From contig JANXBX010000001.1 in assembly GCA_025060595.1 (NCBI GenBank), forward strand, positions 185,696-249,695: a stretch of DNA of 64,000 bases, in the 5' to 3' direction. A model generated the notes under the pieces. That model had not been told where the DNA came from, did not search any database, and was given only the letters and a program-made list of their open reading frames with translations. Of this stretch, positions 1 through 10,097 are shown piece after piece. The translations under genes and the position numbers were made by a program. Numbering within the stretch: the first letter of the stretch is position 1; every line of letters starts with the position of its first letter. The stretch comes from Synergistota bacterium. Its GTDB lineage: Bacteria > Synergistota > GBS-1.

Positions 1-702
1 CTCCTTGTAACATATCCTCTTAAGGACATCTATTAGCGCAGCATAATTATAGCTATCGCTTAAGCTTGGCATTAATCTCTTGGGAAACTCCGTTAATGGG
101 TTATCTATATGAATATGCTTCACATATTTCTCATATTTAGCTATGTCTTCCACGCTTCTTCCAACAGCTACAAGCCACCTAAGATCACACATGGTCTTTA
201 AGTTATATTTTCCGAACTTTTCTATGAAATCCACAGCTTCAGGAATGGAGTTAATGAAATTAGAAAGACTTGGTGCTAAAGGCTCAAGTAAAACGGTTAT
301 ATTATATTCAGCAGTAACATCACAAAGGATATTCAAGAAATCCATAAGTTTATTATAGGCAGACTGAATATCCCCTTCAGTAGGAAGGCTCCTTGACCTA
401 CCATTACCAAACACATAATAGCGCGCACCAAGCTCCGCTGTTCTATAAGCTCCTATCTTTAGATATTCAGTCCAATACTTTAAATCAAAATCTGGAGAAG
501 CTATACGAACATCAAGAGGAATAGGATTATCAAAAACTTCACAGGTTATGTCAAGGCTTTTAATTTTCTTAAGCGCTGCTTTAAACTCATCCTCACTAAG
601 CTCTACAATTTCTCTTACCTGAAGCTCTGCACAATCATAGCCCGCTTTCTCTATAGCTTCAAGATCTTTTATTTTGCCAAAGCAAGAGAGCTTCATTTTC
701 AT
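1..702 (-). CDS. Sugar phosphate isomerase/epimerase, xylose-isomerase-like TIM barrel (3' end runs off window)
   Basis: Not in ORF track. Manual translation from ATG at 702: MKMKLSCFGKIKDLEAIEKAGYDCAELQV...VFGNGRSR...VLLEPLAP...MCDLRW...KHIHIDNP, typical AP_endonuc_2 metal motifs; SD GGGGGTG upstream. Confidence 0.85.
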   Translation of the reverse strand, partial: MKMKLSCFGKIKDLEAIEKAGYDCAELQVREIVELSEDEFKAALKKIKSLDITCEVFDNPIPLDVRIASPDFDLKYWTEYLKIGAYRTAELGARYYVFGNGRSRSLPTEGDIQSAYNKLMDFLNILCDVTAEYNITVLLEPLAPSLSNFINSIPEAVDFIEKFGKYNLKTMCDLRWLVAVGRSVEDIAKYEKYVKHIHIDNPLTEFPKRLMPSLSDSYNYAALIDVLKRICYKE

Positions 703-716
703 AACCTTTTCACCCC

Positions 717-1760
717 CTAATTTATCTTAACCAATACTTTAATTTCCTCACCATCAGCTGATAGCTTCCTAAAGGCTTCAGGTACTTCTTCCAAAGAACA
801 AACTGAGGTAATCATACTTTTAACATCAAGCTTCCTCTGAGCTATATAGTTCATTACCTCATACATTTCATTAGTGAACATATAGCTACCATAGATGGTC
901 AGCTTTCTTCCAACTATCTCAACAGGGTTTACCTCAACATTCTTCCTTATTATGCCAACTAATACGATATCACCACCATTTCTGACAAGCTTAAACGAGT
1001 CTTTAAGAGCTGATGGTACACCAGCAGCAACTATAACCCTATCAAAACCAACTTTATCAACCAAACCTAATAAACTCTCTACTGGTTCATCTTTAACATT
1101 TAAAACATAATCCGCCCCAAGCTTTTTAGCAACTTCAAGCTTAAAATCAACCACATCAGTTACTACAATCTTACCTGATCCTAAAACTTTTAAAAATTCC
1201 AATATCATTAAACCTATAGGTCCGGCTCCGATAACTGCTACATTCTCGCCCTTTTCGAAATTTCCTTCCTTAGCTGCAGAAAGACATACAGATAATGGTT
1301 CTAACAAGGCACCTTCCTCAAAACTAACTTCCTCGTGCAAAGGGACAAGAGCAAATTCAGGAACACAAACATACTCAGCAAAAGCACCGTCACACCGCTT
1401 CTTCTCAACACCTAACGTTCTTCCAACGCTTCTTCTATAAGGGCATAAGTTTATCCAACCTCTTTGACAGTAATAACACTTACCACAATAAAGCATAGGG
1501 TTAACGCTAACTCTTTGACCAACCCTATCTTTTGAGACACCTGGGCCTACTTCAACAATCTCTCCTGAAAACTCATGCCCAAATATAATAGGTGGTATAG
1601 CTCTATCAGAGCCTATCTTGTACTCTTCTACATCAGAACCACATATTCCAGCAAACTTAACCTTTATACAAACCTCACCCTCCTTAGGAATAGGCTTGGG
1701 AACCATCTCATAACGCATATCGCCAGGTCCATGAAAGACAACCGCTCTCATGTAATCCAT
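717..1760 (-). CDS. Zn-dependent medium-chain (polyol/sugar-acid type) dehydrogenase
   Basis: GICGSD, GHEFSG, CGKCYYCQRGWINLC structural Zn site, GAGPIG Rossmann motif; start moved to ATG 1760 behind SD GGGGAGGGGAG. Confidence 0.9.
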   Translation of the reverse strand: MDYMRAVVFHGPGDMRYEMVPKPIPKEGEVCIKVKFAGICGSDVEEYKIGSDRAIPPIIFGHEFSGEIVEVGPGVSKDRVGQRVSVNPMLYCGKCYYCQRGWINLCPYRRSVGRTLGVEKKRCDGAFAEYVCVPEFALVPLHEEVSFEEGALLEPLSVCLSAAKEGNFEKGENVAVIGAGPIGLMILEFLKVLGSGKIVVTDVVDFKLEVAKKLGADYVLNVKDEPVESLLGLVDKVGFDRVIVAAGVPSALKDSFKLVRNGGDIVLVGIIRKNVEVNPVEIVGRKLTIYGSYMFTNEMYEVMNYIAQRKLDVKSMITSVCSLEEVPEAFRKLSADGEEIKVLVKIN

Positions 1761-1789
1761 ACAAGCTCCCCTCCCCAAAGTTTATACTT

Positions 1790-1824
1790 AAGGGCGTGAC
1801 GTTTACTAAAATTGTCACGCCCTT
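1790..1824. other. Intergenic stem-loop (mRNA stability/attenuation element)
   Basis: Perfect 11-bp inverted repeat AAGGGCGTGAC / GTCACGCCCTT; no U-tract on the coding (-) strand. Confidence 0.6.
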
Positions 1825-1835
1825 GAACAAGCACA

Positions 1836-2801
1836 TTATGGTGGCCATGCAATTACATAAATATGCTTACCACCTTTTGTAGGACCTTTAAGCACAGCTT
1901 CTATGAGCTCAGGATCTCTCTGAGTGATCAGTTTAGCATCCGGCAACTTCCCAGGTGGGAATATAGATAAGATATCATTGTGAAGCTTAAGTAGATAATC
2001 GCAAGCTCTTTCTATACAGGCTCTTGCCTTTTCTGCCTTCGCCTTAGTAGCTTTACCAAGTACTCCCTCAGGAGCGGTGATACATTCAATACCTACATTA
2101 CCTACTTGACAGTGTCCAGGTATCGGATAACCGTATATATCTCCACCCCTATCCACATGACCAGGAGGCAGATAACCCTTTATAGTTGTATCCTCCGCAT
2201 GCTCCATATCACAGAACTCCGGGAAAAGAGCTAAAGAAATAGATGTTTCAGCCTCATCCGCATGCTGAAATGGCGTCTCAAATGGACCACCGTGCTCCTT
2301 ATCCATAAGAGTCTGTCCCATAACGCGCGGCAGATCCACGAAGAGTATTAAAGCTGGAACTTGATACTTTTTAGCCCATTCCTGAATAGCTGAAGGAATA
2401 ATATATTCCTGCCCATGCATACTTATGAATATCTGTTTTCTAAATCCGGTATTCCAGTAACCCGTTATTATAGCTCTTATCATAGCAGCGAAAACATCAT
2501 CAGGAAGAGGAACTGTACCCGGTTGACCAATGTGATGGAATGGATGCGAACCATACCATATCGGAGAAGCTATAGTACAGCCAGCCTTAGCCGCAACCAT
2601 TTCAGCTATCCTCGTCACAATAAAGGTATCTTCACCCATTGGACCTGCGCTCCCATGATTCTCTGTTGAACCCACGGGAACTAAAAGAATATCATTAACC
2701 TTTAGCCTCTCTTCAACATCTCTCCTAGTCATCGTGTGATAGTACATCTTATTAGGTTTTTCAATACAACCTTCGTTTGGAAATTTCCACTCTCCCATCA
2801 T
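1836..2801 (-). CDS. Creatininase-family hydrolase, close to 3-dehydro-scyllo-inosose hydrolase IolN
   Basis: PVGSTENHG..GEDTF, PIWYGSHPFHHIGQPGTV, GYWNTGFRKQI, GGPFETPFQHADEAETS, PEGVLGKAT match my recollection of Thermotoga IolN over the full length. Confidence 0.85.
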   Translation of the reverse strand: MMGEWKFPNEGCIEKPNKMYYHTMTRRDVEERLKVNDILLVPVGSTENHGSAGPMGEDTFIVTRIAEMVAAKAGCTIASPIWYGSHPFHHIGQPGTVPLPDDVFAAMIRAIITGYWNTGFRKQIFISMHGQEYIIPSAIQEWAKKYQVPALILFVDLPRVMGQTLMDKEHGGPFETPFQHADEAETSISLALFPEFCDMEHAEDTTIKGYLPPGHVDRGGDIYGYPIPGHCQVGNVGIECITAPEGVLGKATKAKAEKARACIERACDYLLKLHNDILSIFPPGKLPDAKLITQRDPELIEAVLKGPTKGGKHIYVIAWPP

Positions 2802-2828
2802 CTACCCTCCTTACTTTCAAGGATCTTT

Positions 2829-3860
2829 TTAAGGATATAGAATAACCTTTATATCCTTAGACTTTCCTGATGCTAACTCCTCAAAGATCCTCGGACCCTC
2901 ACTTAATGGATACACACCTGTAATAATCTTCTCTACATCCATCTTGCCGCTTTTAAGTATCTCAAGGCCTTCAATCATCTCTGTTATATACATATAGGTC
3001 CCTTTGAAACACAGTTCCCTTGCAACAGCCATCTTGTAATCGATATCTACTGTAGTTGCACCAAGACCTATCCATATGACAGTCCCTCCATTACGAACCA
3101 TCTGAGCGCTATCCTTAACAGTTTCAGCAAAACCAACAGCATCAAAAACCACATCAGCTCCTGCATCATTAGTCATCTTTCTCACAACCTCAGATGCCTT
3201 CTCCCTATTTGGATTTATAATCACATCTGCCCCACACTCTTTAGCCATCTGGAGTCTATTATCTAATACCTCCATCGCAAATACCCTCTTAGCTCCATAG
3301 TACTTCGCAGACATGACTGTCAAAAGACCTATAGGTCCAGCACCATAAACCGCTACCTCCTTACCCTCTAAGCTACCTACATGCTTTACAGCACGAAGAA
3401 CATTAGCTAAAGGCTCTATCAAAGCAGCTGCATTGAAGGAAACGTTATCGGGTAGCTTTATAACCTTATTAGCTGGAGCAACTACATATTCCGCCATAGC
3501 CCCATTGTAAGAACCCGCCTTCATCGTAGTACCTATTATCCTACGGTTTTCACAAATGTTAATAAATCCAGCTTTACAGTTAGGACAATCACCACAATAC
3601 AAATTGGTCTCAACTATTACACGATCCCCAACATTGATTCCCTTTACCCCTTCGCCTAACTTAGCTATCTCACCTGAGAACTCATGTCCCATAATAAGAG
3701 GGGGTACTCTAAAGGGAGATTTCCCTCTATAACCGTTTAAGTCTGAACCACATATGGAAACAGCTTTTACCTTAATTAGAACCTCTCCTTGCTTAGGTTC
3801 AGGGGTTTCCACATCTACATACCTTATATCCCCTGCACCGTAAAAAACTAAAGCTTTCAT
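2829..3860 (-). CDS. Zn-dependent medium-chain dehydrogenase (second paralog)
   Basis: SICGSD, GHEFSG, CGDCPNCKAGFINIC, GAGPIG. Confidence 0.9.
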   Translation of the reverse strand: MKALVFYGAGDIRYVDVETPEPKQGEVLIKVKAVSICGSDLNGYRGKSPFRVPPLIMGHEFSGEIAKLGEGVKGINVGDRVIVETNLYCGDCPNCKAGFINICENRRIIGTTMKAGSYNGAMAEYVVAPANKVIKLPDNVSFNAAALIEPLANVLRAVKHVGSLEGKEVAVYGAGPIGLLTVMSAKYYGAKRVFAMEVLDNRLQMAKECGADVIINPNREKASEVVRKMTNDAGADVVFDAVGFAETVKDSAQMVRNGGTVIWIGLGATTVDIDYKMAVARELCFKGTYMYITEMIEGLEILKSGKMDVEKIITGVYPLSEGPRIFEELASGKSKDIKVILYP

Positions 3861-3885
3861 ATTTCTGCCCCCCTTTATTTATTTT

Positions 3886-3920
3886 GTTGGCTCCCCCACC
3901 AGGTGGTGGGGGGAGCCAAC
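3886..3920. other. GC-rich stem-loop downstream of dctP (likely mRNA stabiliser)
   Basis: GTTGGCTCCCCCACC...GGTGGGGGGAGCCAAC; no U-tract on the - strand. Confidence 0.6.
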
Positions 3921-3932
3921 CTGATCGAACTC

Positions 3933-4952
3933 TTATTTCTTTACCTGAGTTATAGCAAGTAAGAGATCATCGACGATTTCACTACCTACAGCACTTCTTA
4001 CCATATCAGCAACGCCCTTTGCTGCTTCTTTCATTCTCTGCCTCATTTCCGGTGTAACCTCTATAATTTCCATACCTTTCTTCTGAAGCTCAACCAACAT
4101 AGCGCTAGTTTGAGTTTTAGATTCCTTAAACAGATATTCGCTAACCTCGTTAGTTACATCAGTTACTGTCTTCTGATAGTCAGCAGGCATACCATCATAT
4201 AGCTTCTTGTTCATTATGTAGGTAAACACAAAACATATATGATGTGTATTAACCACATATTTCTGAACCTCGTAGAACTTAGCAGACCAAATTATCTCGT
4301 ATGGGTTCTCCTGAGCATCTACTATACCCTGCTGCAAGGCTACGTAAAGTTCAGCAAAGCTAAGAGGCGTAGGATTAGCTCCCAAAGCTCTCCAGAAAGC
4401 TAAATGATATTTGTTTTCCATAGTCCTTATCTTCAAACCCTTAAGATCATCTATACTCTTTACCGGTTTCTTCGTAGTGAGCTCGCGGAAGTAAATAGGT
4501 GTAAACATAAGAAGCTTAAAGCCAGCCTTTTCGTAATCTGGAATAAGCTTACCTTTAAACGGATCTAATGCCTTTTTTGCAACATCCAAATCATCAAAAA
4601 GCATAGCTATATCAAACACAGCAAGCTTAGGAACAAAACCAACCATGGGAGCGGTAGTTAAAGAAACCATAGCTATATTTCCAGCCTGACAACTTTCAAC
4701 GGTTTCTCTATCTCCTCCAAGCTTAGAGTCAAGATATAGCTCAACCTTTATTTTTCCATTAGATTTCTTCTCAAGTAACTCCTTAAAAAGCTTAGCAGCT
4801 AATACCCTTGGAGTATCTTGAGCGCTAGGATAGGCCCCTGCTAACTGCAAAGTGTACTGTTGGGCATACGCTGGAACATCGCCCACTACCAAGCCCATAA
4901 GCCCTATCACTAAACTAACCACCACTACACCCGCTAGAAGCTTTTTCATCAC
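3933..4952 (-). CDS. dctP: TRAP transporter substrate-binding protein (DctP family)
   Basis: Signal peptide; DLKGLKIRTMEN with the carboxylate-binding Arg; ELYVALQQGIVDAQENP. Confidence 0.92.
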   Translation of the reverse strand: MMKKLLAGVVVVSLVIGLMGLVVGDVPAYAQQYTLQLAGAYPSAQDTPRVLAAKLFKELLEKKSNGKIKVELYLDSKLGGDRETVESCQAGNIAMVSLTTAPMVGFVPKLAVFDIAMLFDDLDVAKKALDPFKGKLIPDYEKAGFKLLMFTPIYFRELTTKKPVKSIDDLKGLKIRTMENKYHLAFWRALGANPTPLSFAELYVALQQGIVDAQENPYEIIWSAKFYEVQKYVVNTHHICFVFTYIMNKKLYDGMPADYQKTVTDVTNEVSEYLFKESKTQTSAMLVELQKKGMEIIEVTPEMRQRMKEAAKGVADMVRSAVGSEIVDDLLLAITQVKK

Positions 4953-5019
4953 TGCTCCCCTCCTCTAAGAGAGATTTTTAAATCTCAGAAAAAGACCGCT
5001 AAGTTAAAACCTTATCTCA

Positions 5020-6321
5020 TCACCCCCTTCTAACTAAAATCAAGCTAATATCTGGTATATAAGTCACTAGAAAGAGCGCAACTATAAAAGCCAAGATAAA
5101 TGGTATAGCCTGCTTTCCGACATCCATAACAGGTCTCTCTACAAGCGGACAGGCAACGAAGAGATTAACACCAAAAGGTGGTGTTGCCATACCTACAGCT
5201 AAATTTATAGACATTACTATTCCCAAATGCACGGGATCTATACCTAAAGCTACAGCTGCTGGCAAAAGCATCGGTGCTAATATGGCTATAACTGGTCCTA
5301 TATCCATAAACATACCTATGATAAGGAAAAGAACATTTAAACCCAATAAGAAAAGAGCTGCATTGCCACCGAAGTTAGTCACTATAAAATCCCTAACGAC
5401 CTGTGGAACTTGAAGTAGCGCTAAAACACGTCCAAAAACTATAGCTAAGGATAGAAGCATAACTATTGGAGTGTAAGCCCTAACAGAGTTAATCAGTATT
5501 CTTGGAAGATCCTTAAGGCTTAAAGTCTTGTATATAAAAAGACAAGCTAAAAAGGAGTAAAAGACCGAAATAACAGCCGCTTCCGTAGGAGTAACAACAC
5601 CTGTATATATCCCTCCTAAGACAATCACTGGACTTAAGAGAGCCCAAAAACTCTCTCTAAAAACTCTAAAGAAACCTCTAGATCTTAACTCGTTATATTT
5701 AGTTTGGATTCTTACCCTATCCTCACCTTTAGTCACAGCATATATATAAGCATAGGCCATCAAGCATAAACCTATCGTTATCCCAGGGAAAATACCTGCT
5801 ATAAACAAATCCCCTATAGATGTTCCGGTTACAACACCATATGTCACAAAGGGAATGCTCGGAGGAATTATTACGCCTAAACCACCAGCAGTCGCTATCA
5901 TTCCAGCAACAAAGGTCTTATCATACCCTAGGGAAATTAAAAAAGGTATAGCCATACTCCCCACGGCTGCAGTTGTAGCCACACCTGATCCCGAAATAGC
6001 CCCATAAAACATAGCTGTAGCTATAGTAGCCATAAGCATCCCAGCTCTAACCTTCCCTAAGAAGAACACAAAGAAGTCGAAGAGCTTTTCAGATATCTTA
6101 CCTCTCGTCATTATATCTCCAGCTAGTATGAAAAGCGGGATAGCAAGTATAGGGGTATTATCAAGAGCATTTACCATATTTCTAATCACAAAGTTTATAT
6201 TCCCAGCAACGAAACGAGGATTTAATAAACCAGGAATTATCGTAGCCAAACCGAGCGAAACCAATAAAGGAACGCCCAATAGCAAACAAACAAGCATTAC
6301 GATAAAAGCTATAGTTCCCAT
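5020..6321 (-). CDS. dctM: TRAP transporter large permease
   Basis: LAIPLFILAG, GAISGSGVA, IIPPSIP, TPTEAA, TPPFGVNLF. Confidence 0.95.
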   Translation of the reverse strand: MGTIAFIVMLVCLLLGVPLLVSLGLATIIPGLLNPRFVAGNINFVIRNMVNALDNTPILAIPLFILAGDIMTRGKISEKLFDFFVFFLGKVRAGMLMATIATAMFYGAISGSGVATTAAVGSMAIPFLISLGYDKTFVAGMIATAGGLGVIIPPSIPFVTYGVVTGTSIGDLFIAGIFPGITIGLCLMAYAYIYAVTKGEDRVRIQTKYNELRSRGFFRVFRESFWALLSPVIVLGGIYTGVVTPTEAAVISVFYSFLACLFIYKTLSLKDLPRILINSVRAYTPIVMLLSLAIVFGRVLALLQVPQVVRDFIVTNFGGNAALFLLGLNVLFLIIGMFMDIGPVIAILAPMLLPAAVALGIDPVHLGIVMSINLAVGMATPPFGVNLFVACPLVERPVMDVGKQAIPFILAFIVALFLVTYIPDISLILVRRG

Positions 6322-6334
6322 GTTATTTCCTCCT

Positions 6335-6832
6335 TCACTTTTCTGCCTTTAAGGTACTCAAACCTTGCTTCCTAAACATTTCTATTATGCTTTGAATAGA
6401 CCTAACAGTTGCAAGAAAGAATCCCACATTAGCTGAAAAATAAACCAAATACATAGGAATCTCCATAGCAGGGCTTGTTTGCCCACTATCCTTTATCATC
6501 TTAACTACAGGGATGGAGTTCACAAATAGATAAACAAAGAAAATCAAAACGAAAAACTCCACACCTATCTTTAAAAATCTCTTAATATTTAAAGGTAATA
6601 CTTCAACCAAAGAATCAACCCTTAATATCGTTTTTTTCCTTATGCTATAACCTATACTTAAAAGAGAAGACCATACAAATAGATACCGGCAAACCTCTTC
6701 AGCCCAGGAGAGCGACGATCCAACCACATAACGCATAAAAACTTGAAGCATCATCACACAAGCAATCAAAACGAGAAAGATGCTTAAAATTAGCTCCTCT
6801 AAATGCTGATCTATCCATCTTACAACAGCCAC
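6335..6832 (-). CDS. dctQ: TRAP transporter small permease
   Basis: 4 TM segments; QVFMRYV..SWAEEVCRYLFVW; SPAMEIP. Confidence 0.92.
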   Translation of the reverse strand: MAVVRWIDQHLEELILSIFLVLIACVMMLQVFMRYVVGSSLSWAEEVCRYLFVWSSLLSIGYSIRKKTILRVDSLVEVLPLNIKRFLKIGVEFFVLIFFVYLFVNSIPVVKMIKDSGQTSPAMEIPMYLVYFSANVGFFLATVRSIQSIIEMFRKQGLSTLKAEK

Positions 6833-6849
6833 CCTCTATCCCTCCTTTA

Positions 6850-6889
6850 AAAATAAAAGGCGGTAGCGAAAACTCTAACTACCGCCTTT
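6850..6889 (-). terminator. Intra-operon Rho-independent terminator-like hairpin between cupin and dctQ
   Basis: AAAGGCGGTAG / CTACCGCCTTT inverted repeat followed by TATTTTT on the - strand. Confidence 0.55.
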
Positions 6890-6897
6890 AAATGTCT

Positions 6898-7272
6898 TTA
6901 TGTTTTTCCCTCCTCTTTTCTGTGACTCTTAAGCTGAGGAGAATATATCCATATAAACTTGAGGGGCTCGTCTCCCGTGTTAACGATAGAGTGATACTCT
7001 CCTGGAGGATTATAAATACACACTCCCGGTTCTAAAGGTATCTCCTCATCCTTGGTTATAAACTTTCCTCTACCCTGTAAAAAAATCATAACCTCTTCCT
7101 CATTGTCATGCTTATGCTCTGGAACCCTACTTCCCACATAAGTCTCGTTTATACCTACAGCTAAATTTTTAGCCCCTACAGTTTTTTCTGAAACCAATAT
7201 CCACGACTTTCTTGGAGGCTCTCTATATTCTCCCTCTACCTCACTTATGCGAATAACTTTTACTCTCGACAT
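6898..7272 (-). CDS. Cupin domain protein
   Basis: PEHKHDNEEEVMIFLQGRG and PPGEYHSIVNTGDEPL cupin metal motifs. Confidence 0.9.
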   Translation of the reverse strand: MSRVKVIRISEVEGEYREPPRKSWILVSEKTVGAKNLAVGINETYVGSRVPEHKHDNEEEVMIFLQGRGKFITKDEEIPLEPGVCIYNPPGEYHSIVNTGDEPLKFIWIYSPQLKSHRKEEGKT

Positions 7273-7287
7273 ACCCCTACCCCCCTA

Positions 7288-9018
7288 TTAGAAGATATTT
7301 GGATCCATTTCAATATCCCATATACTCTCTAATTCCTCCTGAGGAATATCGAATACCGAGTTATGCGGAGGCAACGGTTCCTCCCTCATAAACTCTGGAA
7401 TTCTCTTAAACCTCTCCGACACTCCAGCAAGCTCATTAAACTTTCTCTCAATATTTAAAACTTCAACCCCTATATGTTTTGCATCCTTAAAACTTAAATC
7501 CCAACCATACCTCGCTCTAAATAGTCCACCTAATAAATCCGGATTTTTAATAAAAGCGGGTCTTATAAACAAACACACTCCCATCGAATCTATCAATGCT
7601 GCCCTTATCTGAAGCTGCCTCGATATGCGAACCTGCCCTTCTTTAGAAAGCGGATCATGATACCTCACGGTTTCAAAGGCATTACCAGCTGTATGATCTG
7701 CACCCATTGTAGACGTAGCATACAATACTCCATTTCCTTTCAACCCTCTTGGATCATAAGCGGGCATAGCCTGCCCTTTGACTACCGGAACCCTTCTTAC
7801 ACCAAAAGCCTGGCCTGTGAAAGCCGCACCATTACCTATAACTCTACCTAAAACCGTTCCTTCTCCTATCTGTCTTATCAAATCTTTTGCTCCCTTCGCA
7901 TCTCCAAACTTTATAACCCCAGCTTCCATAGCTACACCTATAGCCGCGCCAATCTCTATTGTGTCAACACCAACCTCATTGCATAGATGATTCAACTCAG
8001 CTACCGCATCCACATCTCCTATACCACAGTTAGGTCCCAATAAAACAACACTTTCATATTGAAGAGTCGCCACTATCTTTTTACCAGCTTTGTCTGGGAA
8101 AATATGACTACACATTATAGTACAACTTGGTACACACTGAGTCCCGCTTTTACCACAACCTCCTCTACTTCTTATAAGCTCAGCCACCGCCGGACCTGTA
8201 AAGTTATCAGCAAACTCAAACTGCCCCACGCTAAAGTTCCTCGTTGGGAGAAACCCTAATTTATTAACCATCTCTAAGATATCGAGGGTTCCATATTTCC
8301 TCCTATTCTGGCTCTTAGGATCCTCCTTAAGAATCTTTGCAACCTCCTTGACAATATCGCTTAGCAATTTGGGGTCATGATAATCAGGTTCAACCGTTTC
8401 AGAATCATCTACAACTATCGCTTTTATTCCCTTCGATCCCATCACAGCCCCCAAGCCGCCTCTTGCAGCATACCTTACTTGCTCTAACCTATCATCAGTG
8501 AGAGCTATACCAGCACCGTAAAGCTTCATCTCCCCAGCAGGACCTATACATATAAGTCCTTTTCTATCTCCAAACTCCTTCCTTAATAGGTCAAAAGTCT
8601 CACTAACAACTTTTCCCTTAAGATAGGGGGCATCAATAAGCCTCGCTTCACGAGCGCTAACATATAAGACCCTAGTCTGCTCTCTATCTGGAATATCTTC
8701 TAATATTATTGCCTTTACACCTATCCGTGCCAGCTTTTTACCAGCACTACCACCAGAATTGCATTCCTTTACGCCACCAGTAAGCGGACTTTTACCACCA
8801 ATAGAAACTCTTCCACTTGTGCTTAAATTAGTATCAGCAAAATATCCAGAAGAAATTATTAGCTTGTTATATCTACCCAAAGGCTCACAGGTTGGTGGAA
8901 CCTCATCTAATAAAACCTTAGCTATATAATATCTACCAGCATATTTACGTTCCTCCGATGTTGCGATCGACTCCTTAATTTCACCAGTTTTTGTGTTAAC
9001 TCTAATTATCCTTCTCAT
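7288..9018 (-). CDS. Tungsten/molybdopterin aldehyde:ferredoxin oxidoreductase family protein
   Basis: KSPLTGGVKECNSGG, IGPAGE, RGGLGAVMGSKGIKA, CVPSCTIMC Fe-S ligands, QYES, PAYDPRG, GADH, DSMGVC. Confidence 0.92.
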   Translation of the reverse strand: MRRIIRVNTKTGEIKESIATSEERKYAGRYYIAKVLLDEVPPTCEPLGRYNKLIISSGYFADTNLSTSGRVSIGGKSPLTGGVKECNSGGSAGKKLARIGVKAIILEDIPDREQTRVLYVSAREARLIDAPYLKGKVVSETFDLLRKEFGDRKGLICIGPAGEMKLYGAGIALTDDRLEQVRYAARGGLGAVMGSKGIKAIVVDDSETVEPDYHDPKLLSDIVKEVAKILKEDPKSQNRRKYGTLDILEMVNKLGFLPTRNFSVGQFEFADNFTGPAVAELIRSRGGCGKSGTQCVPSCTIMCSHIFPDKAGKKIVATLQYESVVLLGPNCGIGDVDAVAELNHLCNEVGVDTIEIGAAIGVAMEAGVIKFGDAKGAKDLIRQIGEGTVLGRVIGNGAAFTGQAFGVRRVPVVKGQAMPAYDPRGLKGNGVLYATSTMGADHTAGNAFETVRYHDPLSKEGQVRISRQLQIRAALIDSMGVCLFIRPAFIKNPDLLGGLFRARYGWDLSFKDAKHIGVEVLNIERKFNELAGVSERFKRIPEFMREEPLPPHNSVFDIPQEELESIWDIEMDPNIF

Positions 9019-9034
9019 TAACTTTATACCCCCC

Positions 9035-10072
9035 TTAGTTTAATCTTAAACTTGAACCAAGCTTAATTAGAAGGGAGTTTATAGAAGAAGCTAACTTCTC
9101 ATCTATCTCTACGCCTTCTTTCTTGCTTTTCCCCTCTTTCCTAAACTCTATTTCACCAGGTATAAGAATCTCTTCAACACCACATGCTTTTTTAAGATTT
9201 TTAACCGTTTCAAAGTAATTTTTCATCTTTCTTCTAAACTCAGCTACGTCTATAAAACGAGAAACATCTATAACTATACATGAAGCTCCTACTCTTGTTG
9301 GCCCCTCAAGGATATGAAAAGATTTAAGCTGATTTCCATATCCGGATCCAGCCAATAATCCACAAACGATATCCACGGCCATAGCTAAAGCAGAACCCTT
9401 AGGTCCACCTATCGGCATTAATGTTCCCTCAAGGGCCTTTTCAGGATCAGTAGTCGGTTTGCCCTCACAATCTAAGGCCCATCCCTCCGGTATCTTCACG
9501 CCCTTTCTCTGAGCCTCTCTTATCTTACCTCGCGCTACAACGCTTGTTGCCATGTCCATAGTAAAATTCATACCATCGCCAGGTATGGAAAGAGCTATGG
9601 GATTCGTTCCCAAAAATTTTTCAGCAGCTCCCCACGGAGCCATCGAAGGCGCTGCATTAGAGACCATCAAAGCCATCATTCCCTGTTCAGCTGCCCTTTC
9701 AGTATAACAACCAAGACAACCCACATTATTAGTATTACGTATTAAAGCCATACCTATACCATATTTTTTCGCCTTCTCAATAGCCTTTTCCAAAGCTAGA
9801 TAACCAGCCACCATACCTATACCATCTTTACCATCTATAAGAAGAGTAGCTTCTTCATCATATAAAACTTCTACTTCGGTAGGCAACTTAAGTTGTCCTC
9901 CCTCAACTCGCATAGCTATTACGTTTAAAAGATATATACCGTGCGTCGAAACTCCTCTCATGTCTGCTCTCACCAATATCTCAGCTATTCTCTTAGCATT
10001 TTCATGACTCTCTCCTAATCTTCTTAAAATATCTTCCGTAACAAGCTTTAACTTTTCCACAGCAACCTTCAA
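9035..10072 (-). CDS. Ldh2/ComC-type NAD(P)-dependent 2-hydroxyacid dehydrogenase
   Basis: ADMRGVSTHG, GTNPIA, DMATSVVARGKI, GKPTTDP, GGPKGSALA, IPGE. Confidence 0.9.
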   Translation of the reverse strand: MKVAVEKLKLVTEDILRRLGESHENAKRIAEILVRADMRGVSTHGIYLLNVIAMRVEGGQLKLPTEVEVLYDEEATLLIDGKDGIGMVAGYLALEKAIEKAKKYGIGMALIRNTNNVGCLGCYTERAAEQGMMALMVSNAAPSMAPWGAAEKFLGTNPIALSIPGDGMNFTMDMATSVVARGKIREAQRKGVKIPEGWALDCEGKPTTDPEKALEGTLMPIGGPKGSALAMAVDIVCGLLAGSGYGNQLKSFHILEGPTRVGASCIVIDVSRFIDVAEFRRKMKNYFETVKNLKKACGVEEILIPGEIEFRKEGKSKKEGVEIDEKLASSINSLLIKLGSSLRLN

Positions 10073-10097
10073 AGCCCTCTGCCTCCCCTTGACCTAT

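Noticed and set aside
1-3860. Straight copy of the Thermotoga myo-inositol pathway (iolM/N/O)
   Set aside because: No iolG or iolK visible, the transporter is TRAP, and LigK/AOR/Ldh2 have no role in that pathway; cannot be fully excluded because the operon continues left of the window
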